In this document: one piece after another, positions 8,474 through 17,124 of the stretch
Layout of the letters: the number at the start of each line of letters is the position of its first letter
Position numbering within the stretch: the stretch's first letter is position 1
DNA from: Candidatus Heteroclostridium caecigallinarum
Lineage (GTDB): Bacteria; Bacillota; Clostridia; Christensenellales; CAG-314
Direction: 5' to 3'
Length of the DNA: 64,000 bases
Assembly (NCBI GenBank): GCA_904419725.1
Contig: CAJFSP010000006.1
Span: 954-64,953 of the forward strand
Notes under the pieces: generated by a model
Databases searched by the model: none
What the model was told of the DNA's origin: nothing
What the model saw: the letters and a program-made list of their open reading frames with translations, nothing else
Translations under genes and position numbers: made by a program

Positions 8474-9979
8474 TTAGCCTTTGCTTATTACTTTGTAACC
8501 TTTTTTCGGACGTCTGCCGCCTCTTCTGTTTTTGAGAACGTATCTCACCACAAAGAAAGCGACAATTCCGACGACGACCACGCCGATGACTATAAACACC
8601 CACACAGGCAGGGAAGTGCCCCTGATGTTTTCCCAGATGATATTTACCTTGTCGTTTGTTTCATCGTCGAAATAGTTCATTATGGCGCAGCGGTTTACTG
8701 TTTCCTCGTCGGGATACTGCGCCGAAAACTGTCTGCCCACCGTGTCGGTGTAAACGACGGCGCTTCTGCCGCCGGTGAGGTCGGTGAAGAAATAACTCAA
8801 ATCAACCGCCGTGTAGCCTTCGGTCGCCGACGTTTCCAGCCCGTAAGTTTCCACCATTCTGCCAAAAACCTCGTCGCCGGCGATTACGCTGGTGTAACCG
8901 ATGTAATCCATATTGGCGCAGGCGTTTACTGGCATGGAGATGTAGTTGATGAAGGCTTCGGCGAGTTCCGTGTTGGCGCCGGTAGGCATTACCCAGCCGT
9001 CAAACCAGATGTTGCTGCCCTCCGTAGGAACGGTGTAATTGAGTTCCACGCCCTGCTCTTCTGCTTCGTCCATGGCGTACACGGCGTCGCCGCTCCACGC
9101 CACGTTGATGTTGATTGTGCCCGTCACCATGTCGTTTTTGCCGCTGTCCACCTCAAAGCCGAATATGTTGCCTTTGACCGTTGAAAGCGCCTGCTCCACA
9201 AGCGCGAGGGTGTCGTCGTCTGTGCGGTTGAGGATTTCGTTGATTTTTTTGTTGTATTCGTCCGCCTGGATATCGCCGCTCATGTACTGCGTTCTGAGGC
9301 TCATGAGTTCGTCCCTGTACACAAACGCCAGACCAACAAGATAGGTGTCGCGCACGCTGTCTTTCAGGGTGCTCTGGTTTTTGTACATCACGTTCCACAG
9401 CGAGCCCCAAGAGTTCATGTCGCTGGAAGCCACGTTGTCCGGATTGTAAACAAAACCCATCGTACCCCACATGTAACCCGCGGCGTAGTTGTTCCATGTT
9501 TTGCCGCTGCCGACGGCGTAAGAGCCGAACAGGTCGTGAATGTAGGATGATACATATTTGGTATAATGTGATGGAAGTTTCTTTACACTTGCGTCGGGTT
9601 CGGAGCCTGGGTAATCAGGGTTGAGGAAATCCGCCGAAAACTCTTCCGCCATGTTTTCCTCAATCATTTTCTGAATCATGTAGTCGCTCGGGCAGACAAG
9701 GTCGTAATACCCCGGGTTGATTTTCAGCTGGTTGTACATTATTTCGTTTGTGCCGAAAGTGGAGTATTCCACCGTGATATCTTTGCCGGTTTGTTCTTCA
9801 TACCACGTTTCGAATTGGTTTGCCATGGTGATGTTTTCGTCCTCTTCGTCGGTGGCGATGTAGTCTTCCCAGCTGTAAATGCGCAGGATGTTGTCGTTTT
9901 CCGCCGCGCTGGCGAAAGAAGGCACGAACAGCGTCAGAGCCATTGCCGCGGCAAGCACGGCGGTGATGAATCTTTTCAT
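8474..9979 (-). CDS. potD: Spermidine/putrescine ABC transporter substrate-binding protein with a C-terminal TM anchor
   Basis: It has a Sec signal peptide ending FASAAEN with no lipobox Cys. The PotD-like body contains LRIYSWEDYI, YDLVCPSDYM and NIWFDGWVMP. The C-terminus is a hydrophobic helix followed by a basic tail. Confidence 0.8.
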   Translation of the reverse strand: MKRFITAVLAAAMALTLFVPSFASAAENDNILRIYSWEDYIATDEEDENITMANQFETWYEEQTGKDITVEYSTFGTNEIMYNQLKINPGYYDLVCPSDYMIQKMIEENMAEEFSADFLNPDYPGSEPDASVKKLPSHYTKYVSSYIHDLFGSYAVGSGKTWNNYAAGYMWGTMGFVYNPDNVASSDMNSWGSLWNVMYKNQSTLKDSVRDTYLVGLAFVYRDELMSLRTQYMSGDIQADEYNKKINEILNRTDDDTLALVEQALSTVKGNIFGFEVDSGKNDMVTGTININVAWSGDAVYAMDEAEEQGVELNYTVPTEGSNIWFDGWVMPTGANTELAEAFINYISMPVNACANMDYIGYTSVIAGDEVFGRMVETYGLETSATEGYTAVDLSYFFTDLTGGRSAVVYTDTVGRQFSAQYPDEETVNRCAIMNYFDDETNDKVNIIWENIRGTSLPVWVFIVIGVVVVGIVAFFVVRYVLKNRRGGRRPKKGYKVISKG

Positions 9980-10783
9980 TTAATCTATTTTCTCCTTAAA
10001 TCTGTTTTTTTGTTTGTTTTTAGGTATGTTCATGACGAGCACCGCCACGATGATAAGCACGAATATGATTGCCGACAGCGCTCTGAGCTGAGGCACGGCG
10101 GATTGCTGCGGCACTTTGATTGAGTTGTAGACATATGTGCTTATCGAGTCGAACCAGTCGGGCTTGACAAACGCCGTCACTATATAGTCGTCCAGCGACA
10201 GGGTAACCGCCAGCATAAAGCCGGAAAGCACGCCCGGCAGTATTTCCGGCAGCACCACCTTGAACAGCGCTTTGGTAGGGGTGGCGCCCAGGTCGAGAGC
10301 CGCTTCGTAAAGGTTGGGGTCCATCTGTTTGAGTTTCGGTATTACCGACAGCACCACGAAAGGCAGCGTGATGACCACATGGCTTATGAGCAGCGAAACA
10401 TATGTTTTATACATCGTCAGCGCAACGAAGAGCAGCGCCAGCGACATTGCCGTCACGACTTCGGCGTTGATGACGGGTATGCGGGACACGGCGCTCACGG
10501 CGTTTGCCGTTTTCTTTTTGGAGTAAAAAATGCCTATCGCGCCCAGCGTGCCCAGCACGGTGGAAACCGCCGCCGCCAGCACGGCGAGAATGACGGTGTC
10601 TTTGACGATGTTCATAATCTGCGCGTTGCCCACCAGCTGAACGTACAGGTCGAAAGAAAATCCTTCCCACACGCCCAGCGTCGTCGCCGGCGTGAACGAG
10701 AACACCACCAGCAGCAGAATAGGGGTGTAAATAAACAGCAGCCCGACGGCGAGAATAACGCCTTTAACAATTTTCTTTACCAT
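9980..10783 (-). CDS. potC: Spermidine/putrescine ABC transporter permease
   Basis: It is a 6-TM BPD_transp_1 permease with an EAA-like loop (YEAALDLGATPTKALFKVVLP), and it is operonic with potABD. Confidence 0.85.
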   Translation of the reverse strand: MVKKIVKGVILAVGLLFIYTPILLLVVFSFTPATTLGVWEGFSFDLYVQLVGNAQIMNIVKDTVILAVLAAAVSTVLGTLGAIGIFYSKKKTANAVSAVSRIPVINAEVVTAMSLALLFVALTMYKTYVSLLISHVVITLPFVVLSVIPKLKQMDPNLYEAALDLGATPTKALFKVVLPEILPGVLSGFMLAVTLSLDDYIVTAFVKPDWFDSISTYVYNSIKVPQQSAVPQLRALSAIIFVLIIVAVLVMNIPKNKQKNRFKEKID

Positions 10784-11580
10784 ATTCCCGCACCTCTCGA
10801 ACCGTTTTCTTCTTCCTTAAAGCCGCCCGTCGCCAACATGGTGACAAATACTATGAGCAGCAGCACCAGCGATATCGCCGAGCCGAGGTTCCAGTCGTTT
10901 CTGGTGCCGAAGCATTCCTCGATGAGTTTGCCGATGATGGTGATTTGCCCCAGCCCCAGCGAATCGGTTATGACGTAGTTTGTCATGGACGGCAGAAACA
11001 CCATCGTCACGCCCGATATGATTCCGGGCATGGAGAGCGGCAGCGTCACTTTGAAAAAAGTGGTGACGGGGCCGGCGCCCAGGTCTGTCGCCGCCTCGAT
11101 GAGGCTCTTGTCCATTTTAATGAGCGTGGTGTACAGCGGAAGCACCATGAAAGGGAAAAAGTCGTACACCATGCCGAGTATCGTGTTGAAAAAGTTGGCC
11201 TGACCCAGCATGCCCGTGAGCCCGAGAAACTCGCGCAGGGCGTTGATGCGCAGCACGAAGTTTATCCACATCGGCAGCACGAACAGCATGAGCAGGACGT
11301 GTTTCTTTTTCATGTTGCTTCTGGCGAGTATAAAAGCGATCGGGTATGCCAGAAGCAGGCAGAATATGGTCGTCAGCGCCGCTATGCCTATGCTGATGAG
11401 CAGGTTGGACATTGACGTCGAACTTGTGAAGAAGCGTATAAAGTTGTCAAAGGAAAACGCTCCGGTAGTTCTGTTTGTGAAGGCGTAGAACACGATGAAC
11501 AGCAAAGGCAGCGCCACAAACAGAACCATAAACAGCGCGTAGGGGATGATGAGCTGTTTGCGTGAAAAATGCAATTTCAT
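10777..11580 (-). CDS. potB: Spermidine/putrescine ABC transporter permease
   Basis: It is a permease with the loop IEAATDLGAGPVTTFFKVTLP. It overlaps potC by 7 nt and potA by 4 nt. Confidence 0.85.
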   Translation of the reverse strand: MKLHFSRKQLIIPYALFMVLFVALPLLFIVFYAFTNRTTGAFSFDNFIRFFTSSTSMSNLLISIGIAALTTIFCLLLAYPIAFILARSNMKKKHVLLMLFVLPMWINFVLRINALREFLGLTGMLGQANFFNTILGMVYDFFPFMVLPLYTTLIKMDKSLIEAATDLGAGPVTTFFKVTLPLSMPGIISGVTMVFLPSMTNYVITDSLGLGQITIIGKLIEECFGTRNDWNLGSAISLVLLLIVFVTMLATGGFKEEENGSRGAGIW

Positions 11581-13076
11581 TTCTGCTGCGCCTCCGGTTT
11601 AAGGGTGAGCCTGATTTTGTTCGACGGAATTCTGACGCCGACGGTATCGTTTTCGTTCCAGAGATATTCGGTGTCGAGGACGTAGTCTTCCTCGTTTTCC
11701 GTCCTGACTATGACCTGATAGTGGTCGCCTTTGTATATAATGGAAATAATGCTGCCCACGGCGTTGGCTTCTTCTATGCTGTCGTCGATATCTACGTCTT
11801 TGAGAGAAACTTCCACGCTGACGTCAACGTCGGTAAGGTCAATCTTCTCGCCGTTTTTGGTGACGAGATATCCTTCTTCGTCAAGCGTTGAGCCCGGATA
11901 CAGTTGCGTGACGTCGGCTTCGTATTCACCGTCGCCGAACACAACGGTGTTCTTTTTGGTGACGTATCCGTCGAATTTGTTGACGGTGAACTCCTTCGCC
12001 ATGATGTGTATGGCGTCGGGCGCGATGTTTAGTCCGATTGTTTCGCCGGCTTTGCGCTCTTCGGTGCTCTGCACGGTAAACTCGTTTTTGCCCACCATGA
12101 CGGTCATTTCGTAATGCATGCCCTTGAAGATGCTGCTTGTGACGCTTCCGACCAGCTGGCCGCCTACGGCGTCGGTCATTATTATGTCTTCCGGCCGCAC
12201 AACGACGTCGACATATTCGTTTTTGGCGAAATCGTCCACGCAGTCGAACGTCTGCCCCGCGAATTTGACTTTGAACTTGTCCGTCATCAGCCCCGAAAGA
12301 ATGTTGCTTTCGCCTATAAAGTCGGCGACGAACACGTTTTTCGGCTCGTTGTACACGTCCATAGGGGTGCCGATTTGCTGAATGTTGCCGTCTTTCATGA
12401 CGATGACGGTGTCGCTCATTGTCAGCGCCTCTTCCTGGTCGTGGGTTACGTATATAAAGGTTATGCCCAGTTTGCGGTGCATTTCTTTGAGTTCGAGCTG
12501 CATTTCCTTGCGCATTTTGAGGTCCAGCGCGCCCAGCGGCTCGTCCAGAAGCAGAATTTCAGGCTCGTTGACTATTGCCCTGGCAATTGCCACTCTCTGC
12601 TGCTGCCCGCCCGACAGAGTGGAAATGTTTCTGTCCTCAAAACCTTCCAGGTCAACGATTTTCAGGGCGTTCTGCACCTTTTCGGCGATTTCGTCTCTCG
12701 TCAGTTTTTCAAACCGCTCGATTCTGTTGCCGTCCTCGTCTTCCAGCACGACGCGCGCCTTTTTGAGTTTGAGGCCGAACGCTATGTTGTCGTACACGTC
12801 AAGGTGCGGAAACAGCGCGTAACGCTGAAACACCGTGTTGATGGGGCGCTTGTGCGGCGGCAGGGCGGTTATGTCGCGCCCGCCAAGCAGAATCTGCCCT
12901 TCCGACGGCATTTCAAAACCGGCAATCATGCGCAGCGTGGTGGTTTTGCCGCAGCCAGACGGCCCGAGAAATGTGATGAATTCGCCTTTGTTGACGTAAA
13001 AATTGACGTTTTCAACGGCCAGAGTTTTGCCGTATGTCTTTGATACGCCGATAAATTCGATGATTTTTTCGCTCAT
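11577..13076 (-). CDS. potA: Spermidine/putrescine ABC transporter ATP-binding protein (long form)
   Basis: It has Walker A GPSGCGKTT, signature LSGGQQQR, Walker B LLLDEP and the PotA-type N-terminus. It is 499 aa because of an insertion before the signature motif and an extended, probably duplicated, TOBE-like C-terminus. Confidence 0.88.
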   Translation of the reverse strand: MSEKIIEFIGVSKTYGKTLAVENVNFYVNKGEFITFLGPSGCGKTTTLRMIAGFEMPSEGQILLGGRDITALPPHKRPINTVFQRYALFPHLDVYDNIAFGLKLKKARVVLEDEDGNRIERFEKLTRDEIAEKVQNALKIVDLEGFEDRNISTLSGGQQQRVAIARAIVNEPEILLLDEPLGALDLKMRKEMQLELKEMHRKLGITFIYVTHDQEEALTMSDTVIVMKDGNIQQIGTPMDVYNEPKNVFVADFIGESNILSGLMTDKFKVKFAGQTFDCVDDFAKNEYVDVVVRPEDIIMTDAVGGQLVGSVTSSIFKGMHYEMTVMVGKNEFTVQSTEERKAGETIGLNIAPDAIHIMAKEFTVNKFDGYVTKKNTVVFGDGEYEADVTQLYPGSTLDEEGYLVTKNGEKIDLTDVDVSVEVSLKDVDIDDSIEEANAVGSIISIIYKGDHYQVIVRTENEEDYVLDTEYLWNENDTVGVRIPSNKIRLTLKPEAQQK

Positions 13077-13102
13077 TTGTAAAACCCCGCAGAATTTTAT
13101 TG

Positions 13103-13633
13103 TTAAAAGTTAGGTGGGCTGGACACCCAGATGAACACGGCGTCGCGTTCCGACACGTTTTTGATGTTGTGCGCCTTGTCCGCCGTGAAATAAAAACTGT
13201 CGCCTTCTTTGCAGTCGATTTCCTTGTCGCCTATTATAAGGAGCACGCTGCCTGAAATGACGTAGCCGAACTCTTCGCCTTCGTGGGGCATGTCGTCGTC
13301 CGTTTCGCCTCCTGGGCTCAGCGTGACGAGAATCGGCTCCATTTCGTTTTTCTGGCTGTTGGTCACAAGCCACCTTATCGTGCAGTCGTCGTATTCCTTG
13401 ACGAAGTGGTCTTCCGCACGAAAGACGATTTGCTCGTCGTCGTCGGCGAAAAACTGTTTCAGCGACGTGCCCAGCGCCTGCACGATGTCGTCCAGCGTTT
13501 CGATGGAGGGGCTGGTAAGGTCGTTTTCCAGCTGGGAAATAAAACCTTTCGACAGTTCGCACCTGTCGGCGAGTTCTTCCTGTGTGAGGTTGCGTTTGAG
13601 ACGCAACCGCTTGATTTTTGAACCTATCTGCAT
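13103..13633 (-). CDS. XRE-family HTH plus cupin domain transcriptional regulator (PuuR-like), probable pot operon regulator
   Basis: The N-terminal HTH_3 is IKRLRLKRNLTQEELADRCELSKGFISQLEN and the C-terminal cupin contains HEGEEFGYVISG..GDSFYF. It lies directly upstream of potA on the same strand. Confidence 0.85.
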   Translation of the reverse strand: MQIGSKIKRLRLKRNLTQEELADRCELSKGFISQLENDLTSPSIETLDDIVQALGTSLKQFFADDDEQIVFRAEDHFVKEYDDCTIRWLVTNSQKNEMEPILVTLSPGGETDDDMPHEGEEFGYVISGSVLLIIGDKEIDCKEGDSFYFTADKAHNIKNVSERDAVFIWVSSPPNF

Positions 13634-13952
13634 ATTCCGCCTCTTGAAAATGTGTTGTTTGGTATTTGTAAACTCCCGGTTTAGCGTGTTTTGTATTTCT
13701 AAACCAGAAGTTTATTTTTGCTAAACAAGACAATTATATGAAAGAAGACGCATTTGTCAACTGTTTTAACGATGTTTTTCGGCGAAAGACAATATTTTTT
13801 TCCGGCATAGGAAAGGGCGCCGTCGGCGCCGTGAAAAATTTGATAAAGTACTTGCAAAAAGTCTTGAAAAAGGTTAATATAATACAAACAATATTTTAAA
13901 GTGGGCAGGAGTGTTGATATCCTCCGCCACCGTAAAACACGAGGCGTTGATT

Positions 13953-15272
13953 ATGGCATTGAGTAAGGAAGAATATCAAAATTATGTCAAGATTTTGCAG
14001 GAAGAACTAATTCCTGCGTTGGGATGCACCGAACCTATCGCAATCGCGTACGCGGCGGCAAAGGCAAGACAGGTGCTGGGCTGCGAACCTGACAAGATTG
14101 TCGCAGAGTGCAGCGGCAACATCGTTAAAAACGTCAAGGGCGTAATCGTGCCGAACTCCGGCAATCTCATCGGCATAAACGCGGCGGCAATCGTTGGCGC
14201 GCTGGGCGGCGACGCCGACAGGGCTCTCGAAGTGCTGCATGACGTTTCGCCTGAGGTCATCAAAAGAACCAAAGAACTCGCTAAGACCGATTACTGCGAG
14301 GTCAAACTGCTGGAATCGACCCATACGCTGCATATCAAAATGCATTGCTATAAAGGCACTTCCAACAGCATGGTGGAAATCAGGGATTTGCACACCAATA
14401 TCGTATGCATTGAAAAAGACGGCAAGAAAATTCACGTTCTCGCGAGCGACTCGGCGGCGACCGGCAAATATTACGGCGTAATGACTGACCGCAGCATTCT
14501 TAATCTCGGTGACATCATCGATTTCGCGAGAGAAGTCAAACTCGAAGATATACACGACCTCATTGCCAGACAGATAGAATATAACACGGCCATCTCCAAC
14601 GAGGGGATGACGGGCAAATACGGCGTCGGCATCGGCCCGACTATTCTCGACGCCAACTGCCAGTCGGTATTCACCAAAATGAAGGCTTATACCGCGGCGG
14701 GCAGCGAGGCCCGTATGGGCGGCTGCATATTGCCGGTTATCACAAACAGCGGCAGCGGCAACCAGGGCATTACGTCCAGCATTCCGCTTGTTACATACGC
14801 CAGGGAAGAAGGCATTGACCAAGAAACCCTTTACAGGGCGCTTGTGCTTTCAAACCTGATGACCATTTACCAGAAATCTTACGTCGGACGTATGTCGGCT
14901 TTCTGCGCGGCGGTTTCCAGCGCCACGTCGGTGGCGGCGGCGCTCACCTTTATGGCGGGCGGCACCGATTGCCAGATCAGCCAGGCTATCCAGAACTCGC
15001 TCGCCAACGCGTCGGGTATCGTGTGCGACGGCGCCAAGGTCAGCTGCGCTGCCAAAATCGCCACGGCGCTCGATTCCGGCTTTTTGGCTCACCAGATTGC
15101 AATGAAAGGCCTGCAATACGAAGCCGACACGGGCATTCTTAAAATCGACGTCGACGACACCATCAAATCGGTGGGCAGAATGGCTGCCGAAGGCATGAGG
15201 ACGACCGATATGGAAATTCTGGAAATCATGCTGGAAGAAGACAAAGGCACCAGTTTCTGCGAAAAAGACTGA
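13953..15272 (+). CDS. L-cysteine desulfidase family protein (UPF0597, YhaM/CyuA-like)
   Basis: The N-terminal region (LIPALGCTEPIAIAYAAA...NAAAIVGALGGDADRALEVL) closely matches the E. coli YhaM pattern as I recall it. The ATG at 13953 is preceded by GAGG. Confidence 0.8.
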   Translation: MALSKEEYQNYVKILQEELIPALGCTEPIAIAYAAAKARQVLGCEPDKIVAECSGNIVKNVKGVIVPNSGNLIGINAAAIVGALGGDADRALEVLHDVSPEVIKRTKELAKTDYCEVKLLESTHTLHIKMHCYKGTSNSMVEIRDLHTNIVCIEKDGKKIHVLASDSAATGKYYGVMTDRSILNLGDIIDFAREVKLEDIHDLIARQIEYNTAISNEGMTGKYGVGIGPTILDANCQSVFTKMKAYTAAGSEARMGGCILPVITNSGSGNQGITSSIPLVTYAREEGIDQETLYRALVLSNLMTIYQKSYVGRMSAFCAAVSSATSVAAALTFMAGGTDCQISQAIQNSLANASGIVCDGAKVSCAAKIATALDSGFLAHQIAMKGLQYEADTGILKIDVDDTIKSVGRMAAEGMRTTDMEILEIMLEEDKGTSFCEKD

Positions 15273-15301
15273 GCGTTTTTACGGAAAATCAAATAAAGGC
15301 A

Positions 15302-15328
15302 AAGCGTCCCCGTCGGGGACGCTTTTTT
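15302..15328 (+). terminator. Intrinsic terminator after the cysteine desulfidase gene
   Basis: The stem is AGCGTCCCC-GTC-GGGGACGCT, followed by T6. Confidence 0.8.
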
Positions 15329-15341
15329 GTTAAAAAGAATG

Positions 15342-15374
15342 AAAAAAACCGCCCGGAAAAAGGGCGGTTTTTTT
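15342..15374 (-). terminator. Bidirectional intrinsic terminator serving fba
   Basis: The stem CCGCCC-GGAAAAA-GGGCGG is flanked by A7 and T7 runs. Confidence 0.7.
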
Positions 15375-15407
15375 GAGGAGATTTTGAAAAGACAAATTTG
15401 CGTTGTC

Positions 15408-16331
15408 TTATGCTTTGTCGTTTGAGCCGAGCACGTTGATTATTTTGTGCTTGACCATTTCTTTAATGGCGGTTCTCGCCGGGGCAAGATACTGGCGCGG
15501 GTCGAAATGTTCCGGATGTTCGGCGAAATGCTGCCTTATGCACGCGGTGATGGCAAGGCGGATGTCGCTGTCGATATTGATTTTGCACACCGCCATGGAA
15601 GCGGCTTTTCTGAGCAGTTCTTCCGGCACGCCCTGCGCGCCTTTGACGTTGCCGCCGTATTGGTCGATGAGGTCTACAAATTTTTGCGGCACGCTGGAAG
15701 CGCCGTGCAAAACGATAGGGAAGTTCGGCAGGCGTTTTTCCACTTCAGCGAGGATGTCAAAGCGCAGTTCCGGTTTGCCTTTGAATTTGTACGCCCCGTG
15801 CGACGTGCCTATGGCGATTGCCAGGCTGTCGACGCCCGTGCGGGAGACAAATTCCTGAACTTCGTCCGGGTCGGTATATTGATGGCTGTCGCTCACGACG
15901 TGCTCTTCTATGCCGGCGAGTTTGCCGAGTTCCGCTTCCACAACCACGCCGTGGTCGTGCGCGTATTCCACAACCTGCCTTGTCAGTTTTACGTTTTCTT
16001 CAAACGGCATGTGGCTGGCGTCAATCATAACCGAAGTAAATCCGTTGTCCACGCAGTCTTTGCACAGTTCGAAACTGTCGCCGTGGTCGAGATGGAAGGC
16101 TATCGGCAAATCGCTTTCGATAGTGGCGGCTTCCATGAGTTTTTTGAGATAGGTCACGTTGGCGTATTGTCTGGCGCCCTTGGAAACCTGCAAAATCAGC
16201 GGCGAACGGGTTTCCATGCCCGCTTCCACAATACCCTGGATGGTCTCCATATTGTTGATGTTGAAAGCGCCGATGGCGTATCCGCCGTCATAAGCCTTTT
16301 TGAACATTTCGGTTGTCGTAACCAATGGCAT
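15408..16331 (-). CDS. fba: Class II fructose-1,6-bisphosphate aldolase
   Basis: Motifs seen are AIGAFNINNMETIQ, PIAFHLDHG, MIDASH and EAELG. The ATG at 16331 lies 9 nt after GGAGG. The tracked GTG at 16340 abuts the SD and was rejected. Confidence 0.95.
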   Translation of the reverse strand: MPLVTTTEMFKKAYDGGYAIGAFNINNMETIQGIVEAGMETRSPLILQVSKGARQYANVTYLKKLMEAATIESDLPIAFHLDHGDSFELCKDCVDNGFTSVMIDASHMPFEENVKLTRQVVEYAHDHGVVVEAELGKLAGIEEHVVSDSHQYTDPDEVQEFVSRTGVDSLAIAIGTSHGAYKFKGKPELRFDILAEVEKRLPNFPIVLHGASSVPQKFVDLIDQYGGNVKGAQGVPEELLRKAASMAVCKINIDSDIRLAITACIRQHFAEHPEHFDPRQYLAPARTAIKEMVKHKIINVLGSNDKA

Positions 16332-16526
16332 AAGTACCACCTCCGATAAACTTGTGTTGTTTTTATTATTGTAGCGTAAATAAAAATAAAATAAAAGGGG
16401 GTTTGTGAAATTTTTTTGTATGTTTTGAGTAAATTTACCGTAAAACCCGCCGCCGGGCGGAAAAAATAAAAAAAACTCCCCCTGAAAAGGGGAAGCGGAA
16501 AATTTTTGCGGACGCGCGGCGGGGCG

Positions 16527-16898
16527 TCAGGCGCCGTTTTTGGCGTCTGCTCTTTCTTTATTATATAAAGGAGAAAGCAGAATTTCGTTTTCTTTCTGCG
16601 CCAGCGCCTGCACATAGCCCAATGTGCGGTATTTGTCGTTTTCGTCAAGTTTGCGGAATTCATCCAGCAGTTCTATTTCGGTTTTCGGCCGCGCCTCTCT
16701 TTCATCGGCAAGGCTTCTGCCAATCACGCTGTCTACCGACGTGCCGAAAAAATCGGCAAGTTTGACAAGGTCGTCGATACTCGGTTCGGTTTTGCCTTGT
16801 TCCCAGGATGAAATGCAGGCGCGGGTGCGGTTTATCGCCGCCGCGAGGTCTTTTTGCAAGACGTCTCTTTCTTCTCGCAGTTCTTTTAGTTTTATCAC
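16527..16898 (-). CDS. XRE-family HTH transcriptional regulator
   Basis: The HTH_3 is LKELREERDVLQKDLAAAINRTRACISSWEQGKTEPSIDDLVKLADFFGTSVDSVIG. The GTG at 16898 lies 5 nt after GGAGG, whereas the GTG at 16904 has no spacer. It is divergent from the lipoprotein gene. Confidence 0.8.
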   Translation of the reverse strand: MIKLKELREERDVLQKDLAAAINRTRACISSWEQGKTEPSIDDLVKLADFFGTSVDSVIGRSLADEREARPKTEIELLDEFRKLDENDKYRTLGYVQALAQKENEILLSPLYNKERADAKNGA

Positions 16899-16950
16899 GT
16901 TCACCTCCGTAAAACAACTGCTCTATCTTGCCAATAAAAAGTAACATTTT

Positions 16951-17019
16951 ATTGCTTTTATGTCTTGACAAGCAATAATTTATTGATTATAATTCAAGAA
17001 AAGCAATGAAATATTGCTT
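16951..17019. promoter_or_regulatory. Operator-like array of four copies of the heptamer AAGCAAT/ATTGCTT arranged as two inverted pairs
   Basis: ATTGCTT at 16951-16957 and AAGCAAT at 16970-16976 flank the -35. AAGCAAT at 17001-17007 and ATTGCTT at 17013-17019 sit at about +1 to +20. Confidence 0.5.
16965..16993 (+). promoter_or_regulatory. Perfect consensus sigma-A promoter (TTGACA-17-TATAAT) for the lipoprotein gene
   Basis: TTGACA at 16965-16970, a 17-nt spacer, then TATAAT at 16988-16993. Confidence 0.7.
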
Positions 17020-17124
17020 AAAAACGCGCTTTGGCGCCGGCGCGAAACAAAACGGAGCCCGCCGCCTGTCGAGCAGTAGTGCGGCAAAAGGTCTTTTTTG
17101 ACCCAAAATTTATAGGAGGAATCT

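Noticed and set aside
8393-9184. 263-aa plus-strand ORF starting after rho.
   Set aside because: It begins inside the rho terminator and runs antisense to potD. It has no SD and no motifs.
13110-13733. 207-aa minus-strand ORF in an alternative frame of the HTH-cupin regulator.
   Set aside because: The product is Arg/Gln/His-rich nonsense, whereas the 176-aa frame has clear HTH_3 and cupin motifs and an SD.
16332-16340. GTG at 16340 as the fba start (tracked ORF).
   Set aside because: The GTG directly abuts the GGAGG with no spacer. The ATG at 16331 has a 9-nt spacing and gives the usual MPLVT.. N-terminus.
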